Shown here in pieces: positions 14,722-30,556 of a stretch of DNA of 64,000 nucleotides. Source of the DNA: Eledone cirrhosa. Its lineage: Eukaryota. The position numbers were made by a program, and so were the translations under genes. A model generated the notes under the pieces. That model did not search any database and was not told the origin of the DNA. It was given only the letters and a program-made list of their open reading frames with translations. Each line of letters opens with the position of its first letter. The stretch's first letter is position 1. The DNA lies in contig OZ024746.1 of NCBI GenBank assembly GCA_964016885.1, positions 58,652,001-58,716,000 on the forward strand, in the 5' to 3' direction.

Positions 14722-15168
14722 TACACTGAGGAAAATTAACAGAGATGACAAGACAGCGGACGAAAAGAAGGCAAAACGGAAAACAATTTTTTAAGGGGAA
14801 CCTTAAATAAAAATACAAACGTAAGACACAGAACTCCAGGGTTATTAGCCGTTGAAGTGGACTTTGGCACTTGTCAGCCCTACCAACGGTACACCCGGGG
14901 TCACAGCGTCTAACACAAACGAAACGATGCCCCGTAGAGAAAAAGACGAAAGACAAAATATTAGTTTATGGCATTTAAACTATTAGTACAAATCGAATTT
15001 GTGTGACGTCAGGGAAATGTGTGGTGATTCATATAGCACGAGAGTCTTGGGGATGGAACAGAGAAAAAGAAAAGAAGAAAAGGAAGAAAAAAACAAGAAG
15101 ACGAAAGTAAGATGTCTTGCTAAAAAAATGTAAGCCATTTAAATTAACACGTTCGTCATAGATTATTA

Positions 15169-15212
<44 letters not shown>

Positions 15213-15531
15213 GAGAGAGAGAGAATGTGGAGAGAGATGAATGTTCCGTATATGTCCCCAAAGTTCCAGCTAATAGTGATATTATATATAATAGTAGTTT
15301 AACGCCATTCATTCTCTATGTAGTATTTAAAACAGAATATTTCTGGTACACTTCAAACCATTTGTTTATTTAATGAATCAAGCGTGGTTTTGTTTCTCTG
15401 ATATACTGCTAACCTTTCTCATATATTTGCGATATTACTACTTTAAAATGGTAATAAAAATATAAAATCTAGTTTAACAGACAAAATATAATATTACATA
15501 TTTCCGCATCATTTCCTTCTAATTTTATCTG

Positions 15532-15731
15532 NNNNNNNNNNNNNNNNNNNNNNNNNNNNNNNNNNNNNNNNNNNNNNNNNNNNNNNNNNNNNNNNNNNNN
15601 NNNNNNNNNNNNNNNNNNNNNNNNNNNNNNNNNNNNNNNNNNNNNNNNNNNNNNNNNNNNNNNNNNNNNNNNNNNNNNNNNNNNNNNNNNNNNNNNNNNN
15701 NNNNNNNNNNNNNNNNNNNNNNNNNNNNNNN
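15532..15731. other. Assembly gap (200 N)
   Basis: A run of exactly 200 N, typical of a fixed-size scaffolding gap. Confidence 0.99.
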
Positions 15732-16133
15732 TTGTTGAATTTGGTCGTTAGGATTTGGTGCGTTGTATGTGTTGATTGGTTTCATTGAAAATGGTCAGGA
15801 CCAATAATGAATTGTGATATGCTAGCAAGAAATCCAAACTACAGTATTCATTTGGTTCATGATATACGACGATACCAGGTAGCAAAATATTACACAACCA
15901 TAATATGTAAAATGTTTGATGTAACAAAGGAGTGTTTCGTCAACAGGTTGCTATATACAATGTTCTCAGATGAAAGCATTTTTGTTCTGTTATGTACAAT
16001 GCAGGATACTTTGTTGACTTTTCATCTATATTGACATTGCTGCGTCCACCATTTCAATGTTTATATAATTTATCACTCTCATACTGATATTCACACACAT
16101 GCACTCATACACGCACGCACACACATACAGCCC

Positions 16134-16182
<49 letters not shown>

Positions 16183-16330
16183 GCATACGTATATCTATAT
16201 ATATATGTATGTATAAATATATATATGTATATAATATAAATGTATATATATATATATATTCATATATATATATATGTATGTATACATATATATATATGTA
16301 TATATAAAGATATATATATATGTATATGTG

Positions 16331-16374
<44 letters not shown>

Positions 16375-16378
<4 letters not shown>

Positions 16379-16594
16379 TCGATCGACTTTCGTCAAATCG
16401 GACCGAGGAAACAATGTTTCCGTCGGTCTTTCCAATTGCTAATACTATCAATCGGTCGCAACTCCAGGTAGAAGGAGCAACGTGAAATAAAGTGTCTTGC
16501 TCAAGGACATAACGCATCACGGTCGGTCCAGGAATCGAACTCACAACCTCACGATTGCGTATCCAATTCTCAAACCACTCAACCACACTCCTTC
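16375..16594 (-). mobile_element. tRNA-derived SINE, family B (V-domain-like)
   Basis: Minus strand has A box TGGTTGAGTGG, B box GTTCGATTCC and TGTCCTTGAGCAAGACACTT, then an A-rich tail. Homologous to 48924-49155 and 53062-53280. Confidence 0.8.
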
Positions 16595-16692
16595 ACTATA
16601 CATATATGTATGTACGTATACACACATACCTACATTTAAGTAAGTGCCGTTCTAAGAGTGAGAAATGAAATTTCGTTTTCATTTTATTTCAA

Positions 16693-16783
<91 letters not shown>

Positions 16784-16875
16784 GTACACATACATATATG
16801 CACGTATCAGTTTAGATATGCATGCTACTGTACCTCTGTATACATATATGTATGTACGTATACACACATACTTAC

Positions 16876-16906
<31 letters not shown>

Positions 16907-16931
16907 TATACATATATATATATATATATAT

Positions 16932-17964
16932 ATGAAAAACATGGGGAGAAGAATACTGCATGGTTGCACATGGAATACATATTATAAAATTAGTCCCTCA
17001 TCGGTGATTTGCCAACGATCATTGGTATTTCATCGCATTAAAAATCATATACCTCAGGTTGGTGCGAGCAATAACTAAAATAAGCTATTGGGACAAGTGA
17101 AATGCGTAAAGCGAGTGAGACAAGTAAACAACATAGGAGGGAAAGCTAACCGAAGATGGGAAGAAAAACAACCAACATGGTTATCGGATCAGCATAATCT
17201 GGGTGAATATCATGAGCGCTCAGGAAACAGACCTTTCGCTGTGAAGCGGATGTGAGAAAGAAAGAATCCCTCTCCTAGCGAACGGGAGGAAGTGAGAAGG
17301 GGAGAAACAGAGAGTGAGTGAGTGGAAGTGCGAGGAGGAGGTCAGTCGAGAGAAAGTGTTAACTGACAGAGGGGACGAAAGAAGGTAAGAGAAACAGAGA
17401 GAACAGGGGAGCAGTAAGAGAGAAAGAGAGAAACAGATAATCGCAGTTTAGGTAAATATATGAAAAACATGGGGAGAAGAATACTGCATGGTTGCACATG
17501 GAATACATATTATAAAATTTGTCCCTCATCAGTGATTTGCCAACGATTGGCAAATCACTGATGAGGGACTAATTATCTGTTTCTCTCTTTCTCTCTTACT
17601 GCTCCCCTGTTCTCTCTGTTTCTCTTACCTTCTTTCGTCCCCTCTGTCAGTTAACACTTTCTCTCGACTGACCTCCTCCTCGCACTTCCACTCACTCACA
17701 TCCCCTTCACAGCGAAAGATCTGTTTCCTGAGCGCTCATGATATTCACCCAGCTTATGCTGATCCTATAACCATGTTGCTTGTTTTTCTTCCTATCTTCG
17801 GTTAGCCTTTCCTCCTATGTTGTTTACTTGTCTCACTCGCTTTACGCGTTTCACTTGTCCCAATAGCTTATTTTAGTTATTGCTCGCACCAACCTGAGGT
17901 ATATGATTTTTAATGCGATGAAATACCAATGATCGTTGGCAAATCACTGATGAGGGACTAATTT

Positions 17965-17968
<4 letters not shown>
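16932..17968. mobile_element. ~525-bp non-coding element in partial tandem plus inverted arrangement (PLE pLTR/retrozyme-like)
   Basis: 16932-17020 recurs at 17461-17547 as a direct repeat. 17547-17968 is an inverted copy. The same family occurs at 33553-34175 and 42205-42368. All copies sit in or next to (TA)n. Confidence 0.8.
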
Positions 17969-18022
<54 letters not shown>

Positions 18023-18200
18023 AGAAGGGATATTCAATTTGTTGGTAATTCAACAAATATAAATGTTTATAACTGATTCAGAGCACTCGACAGATTTTGG
18101 AGTATAATATGCAATGATATTAAATGAATCAAAACTATATTTATAAAACTATATTTATTCTATTATATATATTTCAAGGGTACCAACATTTTGGTACTAT

Positions 18201-18299
<99 letters not shown>

Positions 18300-18982
18300 G
18301 TTTTCTCCCTTGAAGAGTTACACACGTGATCTTACTACTATATACCACTGCGTGATTCTGCATGCTGGCGTAGAACAAAGTACTTGTTGACGAAGTGACA
18401 GCCTTGTTCGAACATTATACCAAATGCTTATTATTTTAAGCAGGCATTATGATTGATTTAGGTGTCGCAGAAACCCTGTGCTGGATTATATTATCTTTTC
18501 CAGGGTCCAGGTAGATATTCAATTATTTTGTTTGATCTGTTTGGCTTGCTTCGTCTTTTTGGCGTAGGTGGTTGATGGGGACTTGACAGCCATCTCAGTT
18601 TGTTTGGCCTTTATAACTTATGTCTATTGCTCTGGTCTTTATTTGGTCAATGGAGCGTTTGCCAGCATAACTCGGATATTGCGTTTCACTTTGTTTACGA
18701 CAACAGCCGAAATCCGAATCTCGCTGAAATTATAGTTGTATATATATATATATATATGTCTGTTCATTTATAGGTTTGCTCAAACACACGGACAACCTGT
18801 TTCGCGGCGGAGAGTTGTGGCTCTTTACGTTCTGGGTTTAAATCCCACCGAGCTTAGCTTTGTCTTTCTTGCTTACGGGCTCGATGAAATAACTTATAAT
18901 CTCGCACTCGGGTCGATTTAATCAATTTTCGACTCCCCCATATTGTTGGCCTTGTAACTATATCAGAAAGCATTATTACATA

Positions 18983-20466
<1,484 letters not shown>

Positions 20467-20571
20467 ATATAGTATATATATATATACCCCACCCCCACTC
20501 TCAAAAGTGTGAACCTAATAAACTACCATTTGTACTGCCTCTCTGTTTTTTGTTCCTGTCTAATATTTAGC

Positions 20572-20611
<40 letters not shown>

Positions 20612-20639
20612 CGTGTGTGTATGTATGTATATATACCTA

Positions 20640-20830
20640 TGTTTATCCCGGGTTAAATCGGGGTTAACCACAGTAAGTAAGGTACTCAATACATAGCAGA
20701 GTATAAATATTTAATATAATAGAAATGGCTTCTCCAGGACTAGAATGTTTCATTCGGGACAAATCATGAGGAAGCCTGATGATTTCTCCCGAATGAATCA
20801 GTTCTAGTCCTATAGAATCCATTTATATTT
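20640..20830. mobile_element. Short fold-back insert with two decayed hammerhead copies
   Basis: The consensus of the two arms is GGCUUC CUGAUGA ..UCCCGAAU GAAA CA uucuagucc UG UA GAAGCC. The terminal part recurs at 61057-61140 and 61480-61560. Confidence 0.55.
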
Positions 20831-21275
20831 ATATATATATATATATACGTGTGTGTGTGTGTGTGTGTTTGTGCTTGTGTGTGTGCGTGTGTGCGTGTGT
20901 GTGCGTAGACTGACTGACTGACTCATTGAGTAACTTCATTAACACTACCTCTCGCACAATTCTGCTTCACTGACCATTCAATAGGGCATCCGAGGTCAAT
21001 CTTGCTTCTTAGATAAAATCGCTTCTATGTACTAAAAAAAAAAAATCGCCATACCATAAACATTAATTCATTCAATCTTCCTTTTCGACCCTTCCAAGTC
21101 ATGAGTCCGCTAAATAGGATGCAATTTTCATCGTATGTAGATTTTCAATGCTTTTATTCGTTATAATTATATTATAACTATTGTTCATATTAGTGCAAAC
21201 AAGACAGCGGACTGCACGAAAACTGTTTCTGCTGGTATGTAATCTAAAGTACCGCGCACACAGACACATACACAC

Positions 21276-21371
<96 letters not shown>

Positions 21372-21479
21372 TTAGTACATCTACCAACATATGTATACAG
21401 ATGTATACTCATGCTAGCAAATATATATGTTATGTCTTAGTACCTTTGTGGTTCTATGCAGGGGGATACAGAACAATTA

Positions 21480-22141
21480 TATGAAAGACGTAAAATAAGA
21501 AAATTTTAAAAATAAAAATCAACTTACTTACTAAAATTTTCACTCCAACTAATTAGTTTCTGTAAGGGGATAAATATAGTTACGTAAGATAACTATAGAG
21601 AATTCCTTACGTCATCAGGGAGTCTATTCTCAGCTAAGTTCCCAGGCTATGCGCGGACACTAGGAACCCATATAAAAATAATAATTCAGTGGATGGAACA
21701 AAGCTAGCGGGGACTAAATTCCAAAGCACTGAAAAAATTCACTGCCTCTTTGGTCAGTGGCAGATTCTAAAGGATCAATCACGTGACACTGAGGTTAATC
21801 AGTGAGGAGTGGGGTGGTATTATGACAATAGCCTACTACTACCATGAATCACAGCAGTAAATTTTGGCAAGTTTTACTCAACAAATAATTTGGAGATAAA
21901 TATAGAGAATTAGTATATCTACCAACATATGTATATCTACCAACATATGCCACTGACCAAAGAGGCAGTGAATTGTTTCAGTGCTTTGGAATTTAGTCCC
22001 CGCTAGCTTTGTTCCATCCACTGAATTATTATTTTTATATGGGTTCCTAGTGTCCGCGCATTGCCTGGGAACTTAGCTGAGAATAGACTCCCTGATGACG
22101 TAAGGAATTCTCTATATTTTAAAATTTTCTTATTTTACGTC

Positions 22142-22146
<5 letters not shown>
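21480..22146. mobile_element. Fold-back non-coding insert (PLE pLTR-like)
   Basis: 21595-21760 is the reverse complement of 21950-22115, and 21480-21510 of 22117-22146. Confidence 0.8.
21542..21623 (-). ncRNA. Type-I hammerhead ribozyme with extended stem II
   Basis: ACUCC CUGAUGA C GUAAGG [35 nt with internal hairpin] CCUUAC A GAAA CUAAUUAG UU GGAGU; stem III is palindromic. Confidence 0.8.
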
Positions 22147-22195
<49 letters not shown>

Positions 22196-22219
22196 GGTAT
22201 ATATATATATTATTACAAG

Positions 22220-22850
22220 GATACAGTAACGGTAAAACTCACTTGTAATAATTCTTTACACACATCTCACTGTGTAACACACTTCTCTTTGTGTAATATA
22301 TTTGTATTTAGCTCAAAAGAAAATTCTCTATTCTTCTTTGAGCTAATATTATTATTATTACTGTGAACTGCGGGATACTCTTAATTCCGATGCTTGTATA
22401 CTTAACGAGCTCCAAATTGTTGAGCTAATAAATTCGAATGGTTGGGCTGCCCTCTCTAGCATTTTCCCCAATCCATGAGAGCCGTTATTTGATGTAAATA
22501 ACACGTGATTTCGCCCTACTCTGGGCAGCGTGTTTATTAGCTTTCTCTCTATCCATGAGGTTAGATGTGTCCTGAACAGAATCGACATTTGCTGACTGAG
22601 GATCTTGTGGACTGTTATACTGCACATGTCGGTGGTGAAACGAACGAGATTCGTATCAGCAAACTTATAGTTATAAGGTTGGTAATTTAAAACTCTAATT
22701 CAGAGATTTGATTCTGACATAGTTTTTTTCTATTTAATTGCTAAACCTGTAGATATTGTTCTCTATACAGTAACGGTAAAACTCACTAGTAATAATTCTT
22801 TACACACATCTCACTGTGTAACACACTTCTCTTTGTGTAATATATTTGTA
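22220..22850 (+). mobile_element. ~545-bp monomer with ~85-bp direct terminal repeat, hammerhead-bearing (retrozyme/pLTR-like)
   Basis: 22221-22306 is nearly identical to 22765-22850. There is no informative ORF, and the element is flanked by TA-rich sequence. Confidence 0.8.
22588..22663 (+). ncRNA. Type-I hammerhead ribozyme
   Basis: UUUGCUGA CUGAGGA [imperfect stem II] GAAA CGAA cgaga UUCG UA UCAGCAAA. Stem I is 8 bp, stem III is intact and the triplet is GUA. Confidence 0.85.
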
Positions 22851-22868
22851 TATATTATTACTATATAG

Positions 22869-23062
22869 AGGGCGGTGAATTGGCAGTATCGGTAGAGGGT
22901 TGGACGCCATGCTTTGATGCATAGAGTTACGGCCCTTGCCATTCTGAGTTCAAATCCCGCCTAGGTTAACTTTGCCTTTATTCCTTACGGGGGTCGATGA
23001 AATAAAGTACCAGTAATGCACTGGCTTAATTGCTGGCCTTGTGCCAAAAGTAGAAACAATTA
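22869..23062 (+). mobile_element. SINE family A, near full length
   Basis: AGGGCGGTGAATTGGCAGTATCGG...GTTCAAATCC...GCTGGCCTTGTGCCAAAAGTAGAAACAATT. Confidence 0.85.
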
Positions 23063-23386
23063 ATACTATATATTATAATATATATATATATATATATGTG
23101 TGTGTGTATGTATGTATATAGATAACTATATGCTATTGTCTGTGAATGTAAATGTGTGTGTGTGTGTGAATGTAAATGTGTGTGTGTCTGTGTGTGTGTG
23201 TATGTGTATGCGTATATGTGTGTGTGTGTATGTAGTCCTCTTTCATATAAAACATATATAATAACTTCTGTTCAAGTTTATACGAAAATGTTGAATGTAC
23301 TCTCACGTGATGCTATTATCTGAAATATATTCCATTAACATCTCTAATACTCCACCATTCTCTCTCTCTATCTATATCTCTCTCTA

Positions 23387-23439
<53 letters not shown>

Positions 23440-23853
23440 CTCTCTCTCCCTCTGTCTCTCCCTCACACTCTCTCTATCTATCTATCTATCTATCTCTCTC
23501 GATCTCCCCCCTCTCTCTCTCTATCTATCTATCTCTCGCCCCCCCCCCCCTCTCTCTCGTCACAACCCTAATCGCCTTCATTTATTAACTTCATCTTTTG
23601 TTAGTTAGAGTTCGGTCCTCGGCAGACTTCACTCGACCCAACCTTTCTTCTCTCTTTTTTGCTTTGTTGTACAACTGTAAACACATTAAGTTCAAGGCGT
23701 CCAAGGCAATTAGCAATTGTTACACTGTGGAGACACACTCTCGACAAATTCCGACCTTAATAAACCTGTTCTTTTCTATGTTACGTCATCTACAACATTC
23801 TACATCTCCGCATGAGTATATATCTGTCTCTTTATCTCTCTCACACACATTAT

Positions 23854-23947
<94 letters not shown>

Positions 23948-24123
23948 ACTCTCTCTCTCTCTTTCACTGCCTCTCTCACACACTCTCTCTCTCTTTCACT
24001 CTCTCTCTCAATTACTCTTTTTTCCCTCTCATGCTGATCGTACTCCAATGGCTTCCCGCTTTCTTCTGCTATCTCTTTCTCCTTCACTTCTTCATTTCCT
24101 CATATGTTTATATATACATACAA

Positions 24124-24242
<119 letters not shown>

Positions 24243-24605
24243 AACACAACACACACACACACACTCTCTCTCTCCGATCTCTCTATCTATCTGTATCACC
24301 CTCTCTGTGTCAGAGAGTTTCTGTTCAGCTATGTTTAACCCAGACCAATAGAAATCCATTTCTCTCTATTGTTTGGTATATAATGGGTGCACTCGATAAT
24401 TGGTGTCTGGGATTGTGTGTGTATGCGCATGCGTATGGGCGGATGTGAGTGAGTGTGTATATTGTGTTATATGTGTGTTATGCGATGATATTTGTGGGTG
24501 GGTTGATTATTTACAGTTTATGTGTCTGGGTATATTATATAGACCTACACACACAGATACACAAACACACACTCACAAACAATCACACACACACACACAC
24601 GCGCG

Positions 24606-24719
<114 letters not shown>

Positions 24720-25184
24720 AGTATGCGAGTAGATATAAATATATATATATATATATGTAAGTATAGATATTCTATTTAAGTGTGTGTACGTGTGTATGTA
24801 TGATTTTATATGAGTATATTTAGATGTATGTGTGATTCTATATGAGTGCATTTAGATGTGGTAAATACTGAATGATGAATTATAGAGGAAGAATATAATA
24901 TAGATAAATAGTATTAATGGATTGGATTAGAAAATGAATGTGTATATAGGGGTAGTGATGGGTGATAGTGGTGTTGTGGGATGGTGTTGTTGGGGGAAAG
25001 AGAAAGAGAAGTAGAAGGAAAAAGAGAAAGAAAAAGAACTGAGTGTGTATATTCAGTGGATGAATTATGTTAGACGTTAGACGTTTAAAAGAGCGCCACG
25101 CCAGGAGGAGAGACGTTGTGATAAAGAGAGTGAATTTAGAAGGCGCGAGACTTTAGAAAGAGTCAGGTTAGAAAGAAAATGACG

Positions 25185-25635
25185 TTAGAAAGAAAAAGAC
25201 TTTAAAAGGAGTGAGTTTAGAAAGAGTGACCTTAGAAAGAAAAAGGCTTTAAAAGGAGTGAGTTTAGAAAGAGTGCCCTTAGGAAGAAAAATACTTTAAA
25301 AGGAGTGAGTTTAGAAAGAGTGACCTTAGAAAGAAAAATACTTTAAAAGGAGTGAGTTTAGAAAGAGTGACCTTACAAATAAAAAGACTTTAAAAGGAGT
25401 GAGTTTAGGAAGAGTGACCTTACAAATAAAAAGGCTTTAAAAGGAGTGAGTTTAGAAAGAGTGACCTTACAAATAAAAAGACTTTAAAAGGAGTGAGTTT
25501 AGAAAGAGTGACTTTAGAAAGAAAAAGACTTTAAAAGGAGTGAGTTTAGAAAGAGTGGCCTTAGAAAGAAAAAGGCTTTAAAAGGAGTGAGTTTAGAAAG
25601 AGTGCCCTTAGAAAGAAAAACACTTTAAAAGGAGA
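25185..25635. repeat. 47-bp purine-rich minisatellite (second array at ~27935-28335)
   Basis: Unit TTTAAAAGGAGTGAGTTTAGAAAGAGTGACCTTAGAAAGAAAAAGGC, about 9-10 copies. Confidence 0.9.
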
Positions 25636-26294
25636 GAGGGGTTAGAAATAGTGAGACTGTAGAAAAAGAGAGATGTTAGATAGACTGTGGATAGAAGTAG
25701 TGTTAGAAAGAATGAAGTTAGTAACATAGAGATGTTAGAAAGAATGAAGTTAGTAACATAGAGATGTTAGAAAGAGTATATTTTAAAGAGTGAGATTAGA
25801 AAATGAGACTTTAAAAAAGAGATGTCAGAAACAGTAAGACGTTAGATGTAAGATATCAATAAGAAAGAAATATATGATATAGAAAAAGATAGAAATGGAA
25901 AGATATGAAAGAGAGAAAGAGAGAGAATCAATGTGAGAATTAATTACACTGCAAGACAAAATGAAAAAAAAGGGGAGGGGTTATATCCAGATATAACGCA
26001 TGCGCAAACTAAGTACACAACACAAAAAAAGAAGATGGTGTAGGAAAGAACAAAGGAGGGACACAAAATAAAAACCGAATCACTCAGGAAGTCACAGAAT
26101 GAGCTTTGACAATATATAAACAAACTTCCGGTTATCTAACCAACAAACCAGTAGGAAATTTATAATAAATTGAAGTGAAACTAGCAGGTGCGTGTGTTTA
26201 TATTGGCAACATGACCCTCCCAAAGTATAACAATATCTGTTTCAACACACGTTTTCAGATAAGAAATCTCGCAAAAACAAATTTAAAAACGAAT

Positions 26295-26404
<110 letters not shown>

Positions 26405-26478
26405 TGTGTGTGTGTGTGTGTGTGTGTGCGTTTGTGTGTATGTGTGTGTGTCCGTGCGTATGCCTGTATACATGTGCC

Positions 26479-26521
<43 letters not shown>

Positions 26522-26623
26522 ATAATAAATTTGAAGACTAAAATCCATAGAGGGCTCGATAAGGATAAATATATATCAAATATATAAGATCCGTAGAGCA
26601 AATATTTATTAAAATAACAGATT

Positions 26624-26678
26624 AAAGTTTAAGCAAAGAATCGCTACTTTCACCCTTAACGGGATCTTCTGAAACTTT
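26624..26678 (-). ncRNA. Hammerhead-like motif with variant core CAGAAGA (also 29324-29378 minus and 42113-42165 plus)
   Basis: AAAGUUU CAGAAGA U CCC guuaa GGG U GAAA GUAG cgauucu UUGC UU AAACUUU. Confidence 0.65.
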
Positions 26679-27410
26679 CGTAAATAACTATGAAATTGAT
26701 GTAAGTGTCCCCAACATATCAGAAGTTCATCTATCCTCAGAAAAGAAACGTGAGTGATGATGAGGACAGGAATGTAGGGATATATATATATATAATTCTA
26801 ATATATATATATATATATATATATTAGAATTGCCAAATATACTATATATATATATATATATATATGCGTGTGTGGATGCGTATGTATTTACATGTATATG
26901 TACATATGTGTGTCCTTACACTTGTATCTGTAATTATGTGAGGTGATTTACAAATAAAATATTGTGTTTTCTTTAGAATCAACGTTTTGGCATGAGTGAC
27001 ATAAAAATAAATAAAATGGACATTTTGCATCGTGTGTAATCATGGTGGTGTTTTGTGTTGTTTTGTTTTGTTGTGTTTGTTTTATCCATTTTATTTTCGC
27101 TTCAGATTTGACTCCCTTTATATTTTTTACCTTATACTGTTTTCGCTTATTCGATTGCGGCCATGCTATGGCTCCACCCTGAACAAAAAGATAAGTCAAT
27201 CATATCAAAGCGCTACGTTATGGCACATAAACAAACACACACGCGCGCGCGCAAGCATATTCATTGCAAAGTGAAAAGTGAAAAACAAACACCGGGGAAA
27301 ACTTTCCCAAAAAGCTATGAAATTGGTGGATGTAAGTGTCCCCAACGTATCAGACGTTCATCTATCCTCAGAAAAGAAACGAGAGTGATGATGAGGACAG
27401 GAATGTAGGG

Positions 27411-27467
<57 letters not shown>

Positions 27468-28996
27468 AGTATGCGAGTAGATATAAATATATATATATAT
27501 ATATGTAAGTATAGATATTCTATTTAAGTGTGTGTACGTGTGTATGTATGATTTTATATGAGTATATTTAGATGTATGTGTGATTCTATATGAGTGCATT
27601 TAGATGTGGTAAATACTGAATGATGAATTATAGAGGAAGAATATAATATAGATAAATAGTATTAATGGATTGGATTAGAAAATGAATGTGTATATAGGGG
27701 TAGTGATGGGTGATAGTGGTGTTGTGGGATGGTGTTGTTGGGGGAAAGAGAAAGAGAAGTAGAAGGAAAAAGAGAAAGAAAAAGAACTGAGTGTGTATAT
27801 TCAGTGGATGAATTATGTTAGACGTTAGACGTTTAAAAGAGCGCCACGCCAGGAGGAGAGACGTTGTGATAAAGAGAGTGAATTTAGAAGGCGCGAGACT
27901 TTAGAAAGAGTCAGGTTAGAAAGAAAATGACGTTAGAAAGAAAAAGACTTTAAAAGGAGTGAGTTTAGAAAGAGTGACCTTAGAAAGAAAAAGGCTTTAA
28001 AAGGAGTGAGTTTAGAAAGAGTGCCCTTAGGAAGAAAAATACTTTAAAAGGAGTGAGTTTAGAAAGAGTGACCTTAGAAAGAAAAAGTCTTTAAAAGGAG
28101 TGAGTTTAGAAAGAGTGACCTTACAAATAAAAAGACTTTAAAAGGAGTGAGTTTAGAAAGAGTGACCTTACAAATAAAAAGACTTTAAAAGGAATGAGTT
28201 CAGAAAGAGTGACTTTAGAAAGAAAAAGACTTTAAAAGGAGTGAGTTTAGAAAGAGTGGCCTTAGAAAGATTAAGGCTTTAAAAGGAGTGAGTTTAGAAA
28301 GAGTGCCCTTAGAAAGAAAAACACTTTAAAAGGAGAGAGGGGTTAGAAATAGTGAGACTGTAGAAAAAGAGAGATGTTAGATAGACTGTGGATAGAAGTA
28401 GTGTTAGAAAGAATGAAGTTAGTAACATAGAGATGTTAGAAAGAATGAAGTTAGTAACATAGAGATGTTAGAAAGAGTATATTTTAAAGAGTGAGATTAG
28501 AAAATGAGACTTTAAAAAAGAGATGTCAGAAACAGTGAGACGTTAGATGTAAGATATCAATAAGAAAGAAATATATGATATAGAAAAAGATAGAAATGGA
28601 AAGATATGAAAGAGAGAAAGAGAGAGAATCAATGTGAGAATTAATTACACTGCAAGACAAAATGAAAAAAAAGGGGAGGGGTTATATCCAGATATAACGC
28701 ATGCGCAAACTAAGTACACAACACAAAAAAAAGAAGATGGTGTAGGAAAGAACAAAGGAGGGACACAAAATAAAAACCGAATCACTCAGGAAGTCACAGA
28801 ATGAGCTTTGACAATATATAAACAAACTTCCGGTTATCTAACCAACAAACCAGTAGGAAATTTATAATAAATTGAAGTGAAACTAGCAGGTGCGTGTGTT
28901 TATATTGGCAACATGACCCTCCCAAAGTATAACAATATCTGTTTCAACACACGTTTTCAGATAAGAAATCTCGCAAAGACAAATTTAAAAACGAAT

Positions 28997-29106
<110 letters not shown>

Positions 29107-29178
29107 TGTGTGTGTGTGTGTGTGTGTGCGTTTGTGTGTATGTGTGTGTGTCCGTGCGTATGCCTGTATACATGTGCC

Positions 29179-29221
<43 letters not shown>

Positions 29222-29497
29222 ATAATAAATTTGAAGACTAAAATCCATAGAGGGCTCGATAAGGATAAATATATATCAAATATATAAGATCCGTAGAGCA
29301 AATATTTATTAAAATAACAGATTAAAGTTTAAGCAAAGAATCGCTACTTTCACCCTTAACGGGATCTTCTGAAACTTTCGTAAATAACTATGAAATTGAT
29401 GTAAGTGTCCCCAACATATCAGAAGTTCATCTATCCTCAGAAAAGAAACGTGAGTGATGATGAGGACAGGAATGTAGGGATATATATATATATATAA

Positions 29498-29529
<32 letters not shown>

Positions 29530-29530
29530 A

Positions 29531-29572
<42 letters not shown>

Positions 29573-30494
29573 GATTGCCAAATATACTATATATATATAT
29601 ATATATATATGCGTGTGTGGATGCGTATGTATTTACATGTATATGTACATATGTGTGTCCTTACACTTGTATCTGTAATTATGTGAGGTGATTTACAAAT
29701 AAAATATTGTGTTTTCTTTAGAATCAACGTTTTGGCATGAGTGACATAAAAATAAATAAAATGGACACGAACTTTTGTTGTTTTTATTGAGAGAAACAAC
29801 CTTCAAATATAATATTTATTCCACGCAGCACTTACTACAACTATCTATATTATTAACAAATACTCACAGGCCAGAAAGTACAGACAGTTGTAACACACAG
29901 TATAAGAGGCCTAATACTTCGTTGGATGGGAAGGGAGGAATTTATTGAAAACACCAACAAACAAAAAGGATTTGTGCGGCTGTATAAATACATGCAAACT
30001 ATAGCTGGTCACGTCTATTTAGTTTTTAAAATTTCAGTTCGGCCATTTTGCATCGTGTGTAATCATGGTGGTGTTTTGTGTTGTTTTGTTTTGTTGTGTT
30101 TGTTTTATCCATTTTATTTTCGCTTCAGATTTGACTCCCTTTATATTTTTTACCTTATACTGTTTTCGCTTATTCGATTGCGGCCATGCTATGGCTCCAC
30201 CCTGAACAAAAAGATAAGTCAATCATATCAAAGCGCTACGTTATGGCACATAAACACACACACACACGCGTGCGCGCGCGCGCGCGCAAACGTATTCATT
30301 GCAAAGTGAAAAGTGAAAAACAAACACCGGGGAAAACTTTCCCAAAAAGCTATGAAATTGGTGGATGTAAGTGTCCCCAACGTATCAGACGTTCATCTAT
30401 CCTCAGAAAAGAAACGAGAGTGATGATGAGGACAGGAATGTAGGGATATATATATATACATACACACACATATGTATGTATATACATACATACA

Positions 30495-30552
<58 letters not shown>

Positions 30553-30556
<4 letters not shown>

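Noticed and set aside
17857-17958. HDV-like ribozyme or SECIS in the 520-bp family (GUCCCA...GGGAC; AUGA..AAA..GA)
   Set aside because: There are no P1/P3/L3 (UCC) elements for an HDV fold, and the helix is only ~7 bp, too short for a SECIS.
25185-25635. Regularly spaced repeats resembling a CRISPR array
   Set aside because: These are contiguous 47-bp tandem units without unique spacers, in eukaryotic context with no cas genes.
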